From positions 1-44,745 of the forward strand of contig JACQVD010000009.1 in NCBI GenBank assembly GCA_016209945.1: a stretch of DNA of 44,745 nucleotides, given 5' to 3'. Below, one piece after another: positions 1 through 10,680 of the stretch (positions are counted from its first letter, which is position 1; every line of letters begins with the position of its first letter). Below the pieces are notes generated by a model, which made no database searches, had not been told where the DNA came from, and worked only from the letters and a program-made list of their open reading frames with translations. Source of the DNA: Gemmatimonadota bacterium. GTDB lineage: Bacteria > Gemmatimonadota > Gemmatimonadetes > Palauibacterales > KS3-K002. Both the position numbers and the translations under genes were made by a program.

Positions 1-19
1 ACCTCGTGTCGGCCGAGGC

Positions 20-454
20 TCACCCGGACGGCGCGCGCTCCCCCGGCTCCCCCGGCTCCCCCGCCTCCCCCGGCTCCGCGCCCACGGCGCGCTCGCGGGC
101 CTCTGCCCGGCGCCGCCGGAGTTCCTGTCGCGCCTCCTGCGCCGCGGCGCGTCCCGCTTCGAACACGCGGCGCGCCTCGTCCGCCTGCTCCTCGACCGCG
201 CGACGCGCGGTGCCGACTCCCTCCTCGACGCGCCGGCGCGTTTCGGCGATCACGTCCTCAAGCGCGCCGCCCACACGCTCGCGGGCCCGGCGCACCCGCG
301 TTCCGAGGGCGCGCCGCGTCTCCTCGCCCGCGCCCGGAGCGAAGAGCAGGCCCAGGACCACACCCACGACCGCGCCCGCCAGGAAGGGAAGGACGACGGA
401 CCCCGAGCGCTCGACGATCACGACACCCGGTTCGGCCTTTTCTTCGTTCCGCAT
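20..454 (-). CDS. YtxH domain-containing protein
   Basis: FLAGAVVGVVLGLLFAPGAGEETRR motif followed by a charged helical tail; GEP repeats at the C-terminus. Confidence 0.85.
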   Translation of the reverse strand: MRNEEKAEPGVVIVERSGSVVLPFLAGAVVGVVLGLLFAPGAGEETRRALGTRVRRARERVGGALEDVIAETRRRVEEGVGTARRAVEEQADEARRVFEAGRAAAQEARQELRRRRAEARERAVGAEPGEAGEPGEPGERAPSG

Positions 455-483
455 GGCTCACCAACCTTTGGCTGAGTGGCTGA

Positions 484-828
484 CTAGGATATGCCCAACG
501 CCCTGCGCAGCTCGAAAAGATTCACCGGCCGATCGAAGAAGACGTCCACGAGACTCCCGGCGCCGCTCGGCGTCGCGGACCCGTCGCGCGCGACCACGAT
601 CCGAACGGCCGGGTTGCGCGAACGGGCGGCGCGAAGGACATCCACAAGGGCAGCGCCTACGTCCGCGTCGCAGAGGACGGCGTCCGGAACGAAGTCCGTC
701 AAGAGACGCAAAGCCTCGGACGCGGAGGCCACTTCGCGCGTCTCGCTCCCCTCCTGCGCGAGGAGCGTGGCCAGGGCTCGGCGGCGCACCGGTCGCCCCC
801 CGACAACGAGACACCGCTTTCTCATCAT
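484..828 (-). CDS. Single-domain response regulator-like (atypical receiver) protein
   Basis: CheY-like pattern (CLVV..., ASASEALRLL..FVPDAVLCD, ...RPVNLFELRRAL); GGAGG RBS upstream of ATG at 828; acidic pocket and conserved Lys are degenerate. Confidence 0.7.
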   Translation of the reverse strand: MMRKRCLVVGGRPVRRRALATLLAQEGSETREVASASEALRLLTDFVPDAVLCDADVGAALVDVLRAARSRNPAVRIVVARDGSATPSGAGSLVDVFFDRPVNLFELRRALGIS

Positions 829-889
829 GGCCAGACGCCTCCTCCGACCGCCAGCGCCCGCATGAAAGTACGCCCGAGTTCCACGCGCC

Positions 890-1711
890 TCAACCACCGG
901 CGTCGCGCGGCGGCGGGTCCGCGCGCCTCTTCGATGACAGCTCCACGACGAGGCCGTCGTACGCGGGCTCGACCCCGGCCGGCAACTTGCTCCGAAGCTC
1001 GTTGTATTCGAGCCGGTGCGTGAGGTGCGTGAGATACGTCCGCCGTGCCCCGATCGACTGCGCCACCTGAACGGCCTCCTCCACGTTGAAGTGGGTGGGG
1101 TGCGGCCGCCCGTACCACAGCGCGTTCAGCACCAGCACCTCCACGCCCTGGAGAGCCTTCCGGGCTGCCGGTGGCATCTCCTTCGCATCCACCACGAGAC
1201 CGAGCGGGCCCGCACGGAATCCGTAGGCGCGGGTGTCGCCGTGGGGAAAGGCGAGCGGCAGGAGATCGAAGCCGCTCGCCTCCACCGGCCTCCCATCCTC
1301 GAAGGTGCGCAACGCGAGTTCCGGCTTCGGCACACCGTCCGAAGTGTCCGCGCTGGGGTCGAACATGTAGCCGAAACGCGTCGTCAACTCCGCCGCAAAC
1401 TCGCGGGCGACGTACACCGGGAACGGCCCTTGGCGGCGAAAGCGGAAGACCCGGAGGTCGTCGATGCCGTTCACGTGATCCGCGTGCATGTGCGTGAGGA
1501 AGGCCGCCTCCACATCCCGAACCCCCTCGCGAAGCAGCTGTAGCCGCAGCTCCGGCGGCGTGTCCACCAGGAGCACCCTGGCACCCTCCTCGAGCGCCAC
1601 GGCATGCCGAGTCCTTCGGTTTCGCGCGTCGTCCGAGGTGCACACCCGGCAACGGCAGCCGATGACCGGCACCCCGAAGCTCGTCCCGGTGCCGAGGAAG
1701 CGCAGGCGCAC
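890..1711 (-). CDS. MBL-fold metallo-hydrolase, PhnP-like phosphodiesterase
   Basis: FLGTGTSFGVPVIGCRCRVC, THMHADHVNG and THLTH motifs. Confidence 0.9.
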   Translation of the reverse strand: MRLRFLGTGTSFGVPVIGCRCRVCTSDDARNRRTRHAVALEEGARVLLVDTPPELRLQLLREGVRDVEAAFLTHMHADHVNGIDDLRVFRFRRQGPFPVYVAREFAAELTTRFGYMFDPSADTSDGVPKPELALRTFEDGRPVEASGFDLLPLAFPHGDTRAYGFRAGPLGLVVDAKEMPPAARKALQGVEVLVLNALWYGRPHPTHFNVEEAVQVAQSIGARRTYLTHLTHRLEYNELRSKLPAGVEPAYDGLVVELSSKRRADPPPRDAGG

Positions 1712-1712
1712 C

Positions 1713-2413
1713 TCACACCTCCTCGATGCGGATCATGTTGGTCGTGCCCCGAACATGGAACGGGATCCCTGCGGTGACGACCACGCGGCCGCCGCGCCGG
1801 CGACCGGCGTCGCCACAGGCTCCCCGCGCCGGCTGCGCAGCGGAACATCGTACTTCGGCCCGCCGGCCACGAGCGCGCTCTGCTCGATCTCGCTGATTAC
1901 GCGCACCACCGCCTCCACGGCCCGCACCGGGTACCGCCCCGTCGCCGTCTCGGCCGAGAGCATGACGGCGTCCGTGCCGTCGAGAAGCGCGTTGGCCGCG
2001 TCCGAAACACTTCGAGTTCGATGAGACCATCGTCCATGAGGATCCGGCCACCCGGCTCGAGCTCCTCGGCGAGCCCGGCGTATGTGATCGGGAGATGCCC
2101 GCCCTCGACCCCTTCCGGGGCGAAGACCACACGGGTCCCGGCCCCAAGTTCGAGGGGTGCCTTCATCTGGCCCACGCGGATACGCGGACCCCGGAGGTCG
2201 GCGAGCAGGGCCAGCGGGCGGCCGGCTGCTTCCGCGGCTTCGCGGGCCGTCGCGACAACGCGGGCCCAGTCCTCGGGGCCGCCGTAGGAGAAATTCAGGC
2301 GAGCGACCGTCGATCCCCGTGCGCACGACACTCGCAACCGTGGCAGGATCCGACGACGCGGGGCCCAGCGTCGCAACGATCTTCGCCCGCCGCTCCCAGC
2401 GGGTGCCGCTCAC
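1713..2413 (-). pseudogene. pyk: Pyruvate kinase pseudogene (frameshift plus two large internal deletions)
   Basis: Pyk motifs split across frames: [12 protein letters not shown] / ARLNFSYG...[11 protein letters not shown]...[12 protein letters not shown] / [27 protein letters not shown] / [20 protein letters not shown]; only ~700 bp. Confidence 0.9.
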
Positions 2414-3834
2414 GGCCCGACCTGTGTCCACACCTGCGGCCACAGCGATCTGGCTCGCTGCGCGCGCGTCACCAGGCTGTCCGCGACCGCCTCGATGGAC
2501 CGACCCCGCACCCTGGGGTTCCCCGGAGGCAAGGCACTCCCGGAGACGAACGTGCCCGGCACGGGCTCCGCAAACACGAGCGCCACCGCGAACACCGCGC
2601 TGTCACCCGGGGCGAGCGTCACGGGCCCCGCCGTGAGCGAGATCCGATAGTCCGCCGGATCGTCCGAGCAGGCGCCGACGTCGTCGCCGGGACCGCTACA
2701 GTCGATGAACGGGTCGGACCCCTGGAGCCGCGCGGTCAGGAGCCGATATGCCAGGTCGAGGTCGTCGTCCGCCGTCCCCGGCCCGCGTTCCCAATCCTCG
2801 CCGATACGCCACAGCGAAACGGGGCGCCGAACCGCGCTCGCCGGCGCCTCCGTGATGACGAGGCCGACGAGCGGCGGCCGGTTTGGATATCCCGAGACGA
2901 GAGTCGAATCGCGGAAGTTCAGGTCGTACAGGAACGCGACCCCCGCGTCCGGGATGGTGGTTCCCACATCGTCATCCGCGTCCCCGATGTCGGCATCCAA
3001 GCTCATGCCCGCGTAGAGGCCCTCGTAGCGGAGCCCTGGCTCCGGCACCTCAGGGCGCCACGCGCGAAAGCGAGGGTCCGCAGTCACGTTCCGGAGTCGA
3101 AACCGGAAGTAGAGGACATCCGCAAGGTCGGGGAGGCTCGGAGCGATCACCCACTGGCCCACCTCGATTCCCCGGAGGGGAAGCCGGATCAGCGTGGGAC
3201 CGGGGTCCGACCAGTACCGGAAGGCCGCCACCTGACCGGCCGCGCCGCTCGTCACGGATACGGGGGACCGCCCCCTCCACGTGTCCGCGTACACGAGAGA
3301 GGCCACGGTATCGCCGGCAAAGGCCACCGCATCGGGTGCAATCACTGCCCCCACCTGTAACCGAAGGCCGGCGACATACTCGTTCACCGAGGTCGCAGGC
3401 CAGGCGCTGTCACCGGGCCGGTTGGGGTTGAAGACCGTCGAGCAGAAATCCCCCCTCCCCGTGATGACGCACGCCACGCGGCCCGTCTGAAGACGGGGCG
3501 CGCAGTTGCTCCTACACCCGCCCACGAGCGCGGCATCCACAACGGCGAGCGCCGTCTCGGGGACGACCACGTCGTCCTCCCACTCGAACACCTCACCCAG
3601 AGCGGACGTGAACTGGAGCTTTAGCCGGTGACGCGCCGCCGAGCGATCCACACGCGCGGGCGTGACGAGCCCCGTAGAGGTTCCATCGATCACGATGAGC
3701 GCGCCCGACGGGTCCGAGCGCACCTCCAGCTGCCCGAACACCGGTATCGTGATCCGCCCGCGCTCCAGCTCGCATGCGCCGAGCCACAGGAGACACAGGA
3801 GCAAGGGCAACCCGAACCGCCGGCCAGAAGACAC
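2410..3834 (-). CDS. Putative lipoprotein with N-terminal PEGA domain
   Basis: Signal peptide with LGAC lipobox; [18 protein letters not shown]...GLVTP PEGA-like motif; stop overlaps the pyk start (GTGA). Confidence 0.7.
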   Translation of the reverse strand: MSSGRRFGLPLLLCLLWLGACELERGRITIPVFGQLEVRSDPSGALIVIDGTSTGLVTPARVDRSAARHRLKLQFTSALGEVFEWEDDVVVPETALAVVDAALVGGCRSNCAPRLQTGRVACVITGRGDFCSTVFNPNRPGDSAWPATSVNEYVAGLRLQVGAVIAPDAVAFAGDTVASLVYADTWRGRSPVSVTSGAAGQVAAFRYWSDPGPTLIRLPLRGIEVGQWVIAPSLPDLADVLYFRFRLRNVTADPRFRAWRPEVPEPGLRYEGLYAGMSLDADIGDADDDVGTTIPDAGVAFLYDLNFRDSTLVSGYPNRPPLVGLVITEAPASAVRRPVSLWRIGEDWERGPGTADDDLDLAYRLLTARLQGSDPFIDCSGPGDDVGACSDDPADYRISLTAGPVTLAPGDSAVFAVALVFAEPVPGTFVSGSALPPGNPRVRGRSIEAVADSLVTRAQRARSLWPQVWTQVGP

Positions 3835-3845
3835 CCTCGAACTCC

Positions 3846-4070
3846 TCAGCGGCCCGAGGCGGGATCGCGGCGGCCTGTGCGTCCGCCAGGACCGCGTGTG
3901 TCGCGGTCGATCGTCCTGTTCAAAGGAAGGCCGAGCGCTCCCGCGTGGAAGCGCTCGGCCCGCTCAACATCCCGCACATCGAAGACGATCCGCGCGATCG
4001 CGCGAACCGGGATCACGAGATCAGGCTCTGGGCTTCCATCGTAACCTGTGGGCGACGCCTCTGGATCCAC
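3846..4070 (-). pseudogene. Possible VOC/glyoxalase-family N-terminal remnant
   Basis: IPVRAIARIVFDVRDVERAERFHAGALGLPL resembles a VOC N-terminus, after which similarity is lost. Confidence 0.35.
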
Positions 4071-4345
4071 CGGTGGATCGTCCTGATCATCGGCATCGGC
4101 GTCCTCTCCAGAGTGTTCATGGGAAGCCCTGGGATGACCGCCGCCAGAGCGCGCCGCATGAAGTAATTCTCCTGTCGCCGCCGCTTCGCCGCGCTCAGGG
4201 TCGTCCCCGAGGGCTGGTCAGGGATCGGTTCCAGAAGGACACAGTAGCTGTGAATCTGTCGCTCTGTGAACTCCGCCGGGACTTGGTAGCGCTGCCGCTT
4301 CAGCGTGAAATACCCGTTCGGATCGACCCGGAACGTTTTCGCCAT
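4013..4345 (-). CDS. Hypothetical protein
   Basis: 110-aa ORF with protein-like composition and a candidate promoter upstream; no recognised family. Confidence 0.6.
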   Translation of the reverse strand: MAKTFRVDPNGYFTLKRQRYQVPAEFTERQIHSYCVLLEPIPDQPSGTTLSAAKRRRQENYFMRRALAAVIPGLPMNTLERTPMPMIRTIHRWIQRRRPQVTMEAQSLIS

Positions 4346-4435
4346 CGATCTCTCTACCCGTTTCACGCGTCACCCAGCGGCGTTCCTGCCAGAACGGCAT
4401 GGTAAAAGGCCACAACGCACATTTTTTTCCACACA

Positions 4436-4464
4436 ATCCTACACCGCTGGCGGCCCTACCGCAA
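4436..4464 (-). promoter_or_regulatory. Candidate sigma70-type promoter
   Basis: TTGCGG-N17-TAGGAT on the minus strand upstream of 4345. Confidence 0.4.
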
Positions 4465-4487
4465 CGAAAAACCCTCTTGGGACGGGC

Positions 4488-4916
4488 TCAGGCGTAAAGG
4501 GGGCCCGCGGTTGGCCGCTGGGATTCGGGCGCTTTGACCACGTAGAGGGGGACGCTCTTCTTGTGCTGCCCGTCTATGAGGACCTCGAACGAGTAGTCGC
4601 CCGCTGCCGCGAAGACCACCCCGCTGAGCCCCAAGATGATGTGGGGCTTCACAGGCCTGCCGGGCTTCCCACCGAGCACATGCAGCGGGCCCTCGGCGCG
4701 AAAGACCTGGGACCCGTCGGCGTCCATGAGCCGGAGCTCGAGGTGGTGCTCGCCCTGCTCCGCGAACTGGGCTTCCACCCTGACCACGAAGACCATCGTG
4801 CCGTGACGCAGGGGGAAATCGCGCCCCCAGATGGTATCGAAGATCCCGAGGATGTTGAGCTTCCCCTCCTGGCTGACGTTCGCGGCGTCAGCCAGAACGG
4901 CGAGGTCAACGTCCAT
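4488..4916 (-). CDS. DUF6941-like protein
   Basis: LADAANVSQEGKLNILGIFDTI N-terminus and FAAAGDYSFEVLIDG C-terminus typical of this Ig-like family. Confidence 0.7.
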   Translation of the reverse strand: MDVDLAVLADAANVSQEGKLNILGIFDTIWGRDFPLRHGTMVFVVRVEAQFAEQGEHHLELRLMDADGSQVFRAEGPLHVLGGKPGRPVKPHIILGLSGVVFAAAGDYSFEVLIDGQHKKSVPLYVVKAPESQRPTAGPLYA

Positions 4917-4917
4917 G

Positions 4918-5433
4918 CTAGGATCCGCTTTTGGGGGGTTCGCCCGCGGCTCTTGTCCGGAAATGCGTGTTCGTGGGCCGGAAGGGCTGGGCCACCCGGC
5001 CGAAGTGCCGGTTCACCGGACGGAACGGCTGAAGAACCGGGCCGAACGGGCGGGTGATGGGCCCGAAGGGCTGGTCGGTCCGGGCGCGGGGGAGGTTGTC
5101 GTCGGAGGCCGCGGCGTCCGTCCCCGCTGGCGCCCGGGGGAAGTCCGTGAGCGGCTTGTCGAGAAGCACGACTCGCGAGACAAAGAACGCGGGGACGAGC
5201 ACCACGCTGCTTGCCGCGATCGGCGCCTCCGGCTTCTCAGCGTGCTGGACCACGAGGACACAGCCGGAGGGGACTCGATCGCCACGAATAAGCCCACGGG
5301 GGCCGGGGCGCAGCTCGCATTCGTCGCCGCTGGCTCCGCGCTGGGTCGCCTCTCCTTGCTGCGCCACCAGCGGGCGCGCGCCACCCACGAGAAGCGCACC
5401 CACGCCCAACACGAGGAAACGTCTGCGCGCCAT
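4918..5433 (-). CDS. Putative Tat-exported protein with C-terminal heptad repeats
   Basis: MARRRFL twin-arginine signal; six 7-aa repeats x-x-x-[PH]-F-[GR]-x. Confidence 0.6.
   Translation of the reverse strand: MARRRFLVLGVGALLVGGARPLVAQQGEATQRGASGDECELRPGPRGLIRGDRVPSGCVLVVQHAEKPEAPIAASSVVLVPAFFVSRVVLLDKPLTDFPRAPAGTDAAASDDNLPRARTDQPFGPITRPFGPVLQPFRPVNRHFGRVAQPFRPTNTHFRTRAAGEPPKSGS
4954..5079 (-). repeat. Six degenerate 21-bp coding repeats
   Basis: Encode TDQPFGP ITRPFGP VLQPFRP VNRHFGR VAQPFRP TNTHFRT. Confidence 0.75.
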
Positions 5434-5470
5434 GGAGGCAACGTACCGCCCCGCTACCGGCCGGACAAGC

Positions 5471-5511
5471 CGTCTACCCTCCGCCTACCCCCCGCCTACC
5501 CCCCGCCTACC
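5471..5511. repeat. 11-bp tandem repeat (cgcctaccccc) x~4
   Basis: Directly visible; spans the dipeptidase stop codon; G-rich on the minus strand. Confidence 0.85.
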
Positions 5512-6725
5512 GCGGTCGCGCTCCGAGGGGCGGACGCGGCCTGCAACGTTTCCGCCACTTCTTCCGCGCGCCGCAGCACCCGCAGGACGTTGCCACCGAG
5601 AATCTTCCTCAGATCCTCGTCGGTGTAGCCGCGCCGCAGCAGCTCCTCGGCGAGCACGGGGAACCGCGACACGTCCTCCATCCCTTCCGGCGTGACGTCG
5701 ATCCCGTCGTAGTCCGACCCCAGGCCCACGTGGTCCACTCCCGCCACGCGGGCGATGTGGTCAACGTGGTCCGCGAGGGTCTTCACGGTCCCGCGGGTAG
5801 GATTCGCACGCCACAGTTCCGACGCCGCGTTATCATACTCTGCCGGGTCGGGATAGCGGGCCCGCAGCTCGCGCAGCGCTCTGGCGACCTCTGGCACGAC
5901 GAACCCGGGGTAGAAGTTCACCATCACGACGCCGCCGTTCGCCTTCACAAGAGGCAGGACGTCGTCCGGAACGTTCCGCGGATGGTCGGCGATGGCCCGG
6001 GCCGACGAGTGCGAGAAGATGACGGGCGCGCGGCTCACCCGGAGGGCATCCCGCATCGTCTCGTCGGAGACATGCGAGAGATCCACCAGCATGCCCAGCC
6101 GGTTCATCTCGCCGACCACCTCCTCCCCGAACGGCGTGAGGCCGCCGTGCCGCGCCGAGTCGGTGGCGGCGTCCGCCCACTCGAGCGTTCGGTTGTGCGT
6201 CAGGGTCATGTAGCGCGCCCCGAGGGCGTACACCATGCGGAGCGCCCCCAGGGAGTTCTCGATGCAGTGCCCCCCTTCGATCCCGATGAGGGCCGCGATC
6301 TTCCCCTTGCGCGCGATCCGTTCCACGTCCGCCGCGCCGGTCGCCAGCTCGAGATCGGGGTATCGGCTCACCATGCGATGGACGAGGTCGATCTGCTCGA
6401 GGCACACCCTGAGCGCGCCCTGAGAGATGAAGTCCACGGGGACGTACGCGGCGAAGAACTGGGCGTCCACGCCGCCCTCGCGGAGCCTGGGGATGTCCGT
6501 GTGGCCCGTGGAGAGCCTCTGCGCGATGTCGATGACGTCGAACGACGAACTCCCCTCGGTGCGCATGCGCCACGGGAGATCGTTGTGCCCGTCCACCACG
6601 ATCGCCTCGCGGTGGATGCGCCGAGCCCGCCGGGCGAGATCATGCCCGGCGGGCGGGGTCACGGCAGCACAGGCGCAGATGAGCGACACCACGGCCTGCC
6701 CCATCACCACGGCCGTCCAGCGCAT
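5496..6725 (-). CDS. Membrane dipeptidase (peptidase M19)
   Basis: [38 protein letters not shown] motifs; signal peptide. Confidence 0.93.
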   Translation of the reverse strand: MRWTAVVMGQAVVSLICACAAVTPPAGHDLARRARRIHREAIVVDGHNDLPWRMRTEGSSSFDVIDIAQRLSTGHTDIPRLREGGVDAQFFAAYVPVDFISQGALRVCLEQIDLVHRMVSRYPDLELATGAADVERIARKGKIAALIGIEGGHCIENSLGALRMVYALGARYMTLTHNRTLEWADAATDSARHGGLTPFGEEVVGEMNRLGMLVDLSHVSDETMRDALRVSRAPVIFSHSSARAIADHPRNVPDDVLPLVKANGGVVMVNFYPGFVVPEVARALRELRARYPDPAEYDNAASELWRANPTRGTVKTLADHVDHIARVAGVDHVGLGSDYDGIDVTPEGMEDVSRFPVLAEELLRRGYTDEDLRKILGGNVLRVLRRAEEVAETLQAASAPRSATAVGGG

Positions 6726-6773
6726 AGGCACCTCCCATTCCTGTTTGACGCCTCGCGATCGCGCGGCGACGGC

Positions 6774-7466
6774 TCAGGCTCCCAGCACGTCGGCCAACTC
6801 CAGAAGGTTCGAGACGATGAATTCCGGGCTCGGGCCGCCGTTCGGCACCGTCTCCGCCGCGCGGTTCACCCAGGCGACGGCGAGCCCGAGGTCTGCCGCG
6901 GGCTCCACATCATGGAAGACGCTGCGGGCCACGTGCAGGATCCTCTCGGCCCCGCCTGCCTTGCGGATCCCCTCTTGAAAGTGCGCCGGCCGCGGCTTGT
7001 ACGAGCGCACCTGCTGCGCCGTGACCACCCAGTCGAACGTCACCGAGAAGTGCCGCATGGTCTCGGCCAGAAGGTCGTCGTCCACATTCGAGAGGATCGC
7101 CAGGTGAAACCGCCGGCGGAGGCGCGCCAGGGCGGGATTCGTGTCGGCGAACGGCGTCCACAGAGGCAGCGACGCCGCCAGCCATCCGGCACGCTCGGGT
7201 GCCATGGTCCAGCCCAGCCGCCGTGCCACGCCGAGCCCTGCCTCACGCAGAACCTCGCGATACGGACGGTACGGCCCGGCTTCCACCTCCGCCTCGATGT
7301 CCCGGTAGGCCTGCACAACGCGCGCGGGCTCGGGCGGCACGCCTCGGCGTGCCGCCTCGGCCGCGAAGGCCTTCGTGATTCCGGACTCCCAGTCGATGAG
7401 CGTGCCGTAGCAGTCGAACGTGAGAACGTCGAAAGGGCGGGTCCGCGCGAGACCTCGTGCGCCCAC
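6774..7466 (-). CDS. HAD-family hydrolase (haloacid dehalogenase type II-like)
   Basis: TFDCYGTLIDWESGI, LSNVDDD, SYKP, HVARSVFHDVEPA; start approximate. Confidence 0.88.
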   Translation of the reverse strand: MGARGLARTRPFDVLTFDCYGTLIDWESGITKAFAAEAARRGVPPEPARVVQAYRDIEAEVEAGPYRPYREVLREAGLGVARRLGWTMAPERAGWLAASLPLWTPFADTNPALARLRRRFHLAILSNVDDDLLAETMRHFSVTFDWVVTAQQVRSYKPRPAHFQEGIRKAGGAERILHVARSVFHDVEPAADLGLAVAWVNRAAETVPNGGPSPEFIVSNLLELADVLGA

Positions 7467-7495
7467 GGCGCGGCCGCCTCGGGGGGCAGAGCCCG

Positions 7496-9505
7496 TTATC
7501 GGCGGCGGCCCCGAGTCGGCCGCGCACTCCGCGCCCGCGGCTTCCCAGGCTTCCGCCGCCCGTCCTCCGCCGGCGTCTTGAGCCCCCACTTGCCGCGCAG
7601 GTAGCGGGTGAGGCCGCCCGCCAGGAGCATATCGATCTGCCGCCGGGAGAGGGCGTGCGTCATCCGGTAGCTGCGCCGGCGCGTCAGGTTCTTCACCGCG
7701 ATGGGCCCGCCGCTCTCGAAGGCGCCGCGGATGTGCGGAATCTCGAGCCGGTCACCCCAACGAATCGTGTCGCGATCCTTCAGGTTTTCGAACCGCAGGG
7801 GCGGGATCCCGAAATTCACGAGATTGGACTCGTGGATTCGTGCGTACGAGGCTGCCAGCACCGCCTTGATGCCGAGGAAGAGCGGCGCGATCGCCGCGTG
7901 CTCGCGGGAAGAGCCCTGTCCGTAGTTTTCGCCGGCCACGATGAACCCGCCCTTCCGAGCCTTGGCGCGCGCGACGAACGTCTCGTCCACGTAGGCGAAC
8001 GTGTACTCGCTGATCGCCGGGATGTTCGAGCGCAGTGGAAGCACCTCGGCGCCGCCCGGCAGGATGTCGTCGGTCGAGACGTTGTCTCCCAGCGTGAGGA
8101 GGACCTCGCCCCTCATCGATCGAGGCAAGGGCGGCACGGGAGGCGCGGGCTTGATGTTGGGGCCGACGTAGATCTCCACCCTGTCGGGATCCTCGGCGGG
8201 TGGGAGGAAATCCTCCGTGTAGAGGAAGTACTCCTCGGGCTCCTCGATCGTCGGCGCGTCGCCGAGCCGGCGTGGATCGGTGATGGCGCCGTGCAGCGCC
8301 GTCGCCGCGGCGACCTCCGGCGAGCAGAGCCAGACGGCGTCCTGGCGCGTCCCGCTGCGTCCGGGGAAGTTCCGGTTGAACGTGCGGACGCTGTTGCCGC
8401 CCGTGGGCGGCGCGGCACCCATCCCGATGCACGGCCCGCACGCCACCTCGAGGGCGCGAACCCCCGCCATCGTGAGGTCGAGGAGGGCGTCCGTCTGGGC
8501 GATGTTGATGAGGATCTGCCGGGAGCCCGGCGAGAGCGTCATGTGCAGGTTCGGCGCTACGTGCTTCCCCTTCAGGATCTTCGCCACGATCATGAGGTCG
8601 CGGTACGACGAGTTCACCGAGGAGCCGACCGCCACCTGCGTGACCGGCGTCCCGTCGACCTCGCGCACGGGGACCACGTTGTCGGGTGAGTGCGGTCGGG
8701 CGATGAGCGGCTCCAGCTCCGAGAGATCGACCGTGCTCTCGCCGTCGTAGTCCGCGTCCGCATCCGGCCCCAGCGGCACCCAATCCTTTTCCCTCATCTG
8801 GGAGCGGAGAAACCGTCGCGTCATCGCATCGCTCGGGAAGATCCCGGAGGTCGCCCCCAGCTCCTGCGTCATGTTGCCAATCGTCGCCCGCTCCCAGACG
8901 GTGAGCTCGGCCAGGGCGGGACCCACGTACTCGAAGACCTTGCCCACGCCGCCCTTCACCGTGCGACGCCGCAGGAGCTCCAGGATCACGTCCTTGGCCG
9001 AGACCCACGGCGGGAGTTCGCCCACGAGATTCACGCGGACGACCTGGGGCATCTTCACGTAGAAGGGCTCCCCGGCCATCGCCGCCGCGACCTCGGCGCC
9101 GCCCGCACCGATCGCCAGCATCGCGAGCGCTCCCGCCGTGCAGGTGTGGGAGTCGGATCCCAACATCGTCCGCCCCGGCACATCGAAACGCTCCAGGTGG
9201 GCGAAATGCGAGATCCCGTTCCCGGGGCGCGAGAAGACCGCGCCGTACTTGGCGCACATCGACTGGAGGAAGAGGTGGTCGTCGGCGTTCTCAGGACCGG
9301 TCTGGAGGATGTTGTGGTCTACGTACTGGACCGTGGGCACCACCACGCGGGGGATCCCGAAGGAGTGGAACTGCTGCCACACCATGGTCCCCGTCGCGTC
9401 CTGGAGCAGGCACTGGTCGATCCTGAGCCCGATCTCGCGGCCTGCGACCATCTCGCCTTCCACGAGATGAGCCCGAATGATCTTCCGAGTGAGGTTCTCG
9501 CCCAC
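7496..9505 (-). CDS. Aconitate hydratase
   Basis: [43 protein letters not shown] motifs; start may be 9520. Confidence 0.92.
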   Translation of the reverse strand: MGENLTRKIIRAHLVEGEMVAGREIGLRIDQCLLQDATGTMVWQQFHSFGIPRVVVPTVQYVDHNILQTGPENADDHLFLQSMCAKYGAVFSRPGNGISHFAHLERFDVPGRTMLGSDSHTCTAGALAMLAIGAGGAEVAAAMAGEPFYVKMPQVVRVNLVGELPPWVSAKDVILELLRRRTVKGGVGKVFEYVGPALAELTVWERATIGNMTQELGATSGIFPSDAMTRRFLRSQMREKDWVPLGPDADADYDGESTVDLSELEPLIARPHSPDNVVPVREVDGTPVTQVAVGSSVNSSYRDLMIVAKILKGKHVAPNLHMTLSPGSRQILINIAQTDALLDLTMAGVRALEVACGPCIGMGAAPPTGGNSVRTFNRNFPGRSGTRQDAVWLCSPEVAAATALHGAITDPRRLGDAPTIEEPEEYFLYTEDFLPPAEDPDRVEIYVGPNIKPAPPVPPLPRSMRGEVLLTLGDNVSTDDILPGGAEVLPLRSNIPAISEYTFAYVDETFVARAKARKGGFIVAGENYGQGSSREHAAIAPLFLGIKAVLAASYARIHESNLVNFGIPPLRFENLKDRDTIRWGDRLEIPHIRGAFESGGPIAVKNLTRRRSYRMTHALSRRQIDMLLAGGLTRYLRGKWGLKTPAEDGRRKPGKPRARSARPTRGRRR

Positions 9506-9680
9506 GATCACCCCGATCACGGCATGCGGGAGCCGCAGCCCCCCGGCGCTCCCCGCGGCCCGCGCGCCCGATTATACAGCCGCGCTCGTGGCGCCCAACA
9601 GACTTCGCCTCTCACGCCGGGCTCGGTCCGCGCCGGAACCTCGTGGCCCCGTCGGCCCGGCGCTATCTTTCGGACGCGCC

Positions 9681-10667
9681 ATGCCCGCGAACCTGACGCC
9701 CCAGTATCTCGCGGCCGAGGAGCGCTACCGCCTGGCGAAGACGCCGGAGGAGAAGCTTCGCGCGCTGAAGGAGATGCTCGCCCTCATCCCCAAGCACAAG
9801 GGCACGGAGAAACTCCAGGCCGATATCAAGCGCCGGATCTCGCGGCTCCAGGACGAGTCGAGACGCGCGCGCTCGGGAAGCCACAAGGCGCCGGCCTGGG
9901 TGATCGAGCGGGTGGGTGCGGGGCAGGTCCCGATCGTCGGCCCGCCGAACTGCGGGAAGTCATCGCTCCTCGCGGCCCTCACACGGGCGGAACCCCGCAT
10001 CGCGGACTATCCCTTCACGACCGCGAACCCGCTCCCGGGGATGATGCCGTTCGAGGACATCCAGGTGCAGCTCGTGGACACGCCCCCGCTGGCGCGCGAG
10101 CACTGGGTCGAGTGGATGCCCGACCTCCTCCGGCGCGCCGATGCGTGCGTCCTCATGACGGATCTCTCCGCGCCGGATCCCTGGGCGCCGCTGGAGGCGA
10201 TCCTCCCCATGCTGGAGGAGCGCGGCGTGCTCCTTGGGGCGGGCAGCTCCGAGGCACTCATCGATGTCCAGCTGCCGACGCTCCTCGTGGCGAACAAACG
10301 GGATCTCCCGGGCTCGCTGGAGCGCTGGCAGCATCTCGTGGCGCAGGTCGGGGGTCGCGCTGCGGTGGAGGCGATCTCGGTGGCGCGCCGGGACGGGCTC
10401 GAAAGACTGAAGCGCGGGATCTTCGAGACGCTACAGGTCGTGCGCGTGTACCCGAAGCCGCCGGGGAAGCCGCCCGAGAAGAGCGAGCCTTTCGTCCTCC
10501 CCGCGGGTTCCACCGTGCTCACGCTCGCGGAACGCATCCACAAGGAGATCGCCCGCAAGCTCCGATACGCGCGGGTGTGGGGACGGTCCGGCGTGTTCGA
10601 CGGGCAGCGCGTGGGGCCGGATCACGGGCTCCAGGACGGCGATCTCGTGGAGATCCACGCCGCGTAG
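9681..10667 (+). CDS. DRG/Obg-family GTPase with TGS domain
   Basis: MPANLTPQY...[10 protein letters not shown]-terminus, [21 protein letters not shown]-terminal TGS (YARVWG...DGDLVEIH). Confidence 0.9.
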   Translation: MPANLTPQYLAAEERYRLAKTPEEKLRALKEMLALIPKHKGTEKLQADIKRRISRLQDESRRARSGSHKAPAWVIERVGAGQVPIVGPPNCGKSSLLAALTRAEPRIADYPFTTANPLPGMMPFEDIQVQLVDTPPLAREHWVEWMPDLLRRADACVLMTDLSAPDPWAPLEAILPMLEERGVLLGAGSSEALIDVQLPTLLVANKRDLPGSLERWQHLVAQVGGRAAVEAISVARRDGLERLKRGIFETLQVVRVYPKPPGKPPEKSEPFVLPAGSTVLTLAERIHKEIARKLRYARVWGRSGVFDGQRVGPDHGLQDGDLVEIHAA

Positions 10668-10680
10668 CCGCGGACTCCCG

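Noticed and set aside
39-80. 9-bp repeats at the window start, and PAPR-coding repeats near 39500-39555
   Set aside because: Ordinary low-complexity coding repeats; no spacers, not CRISPR
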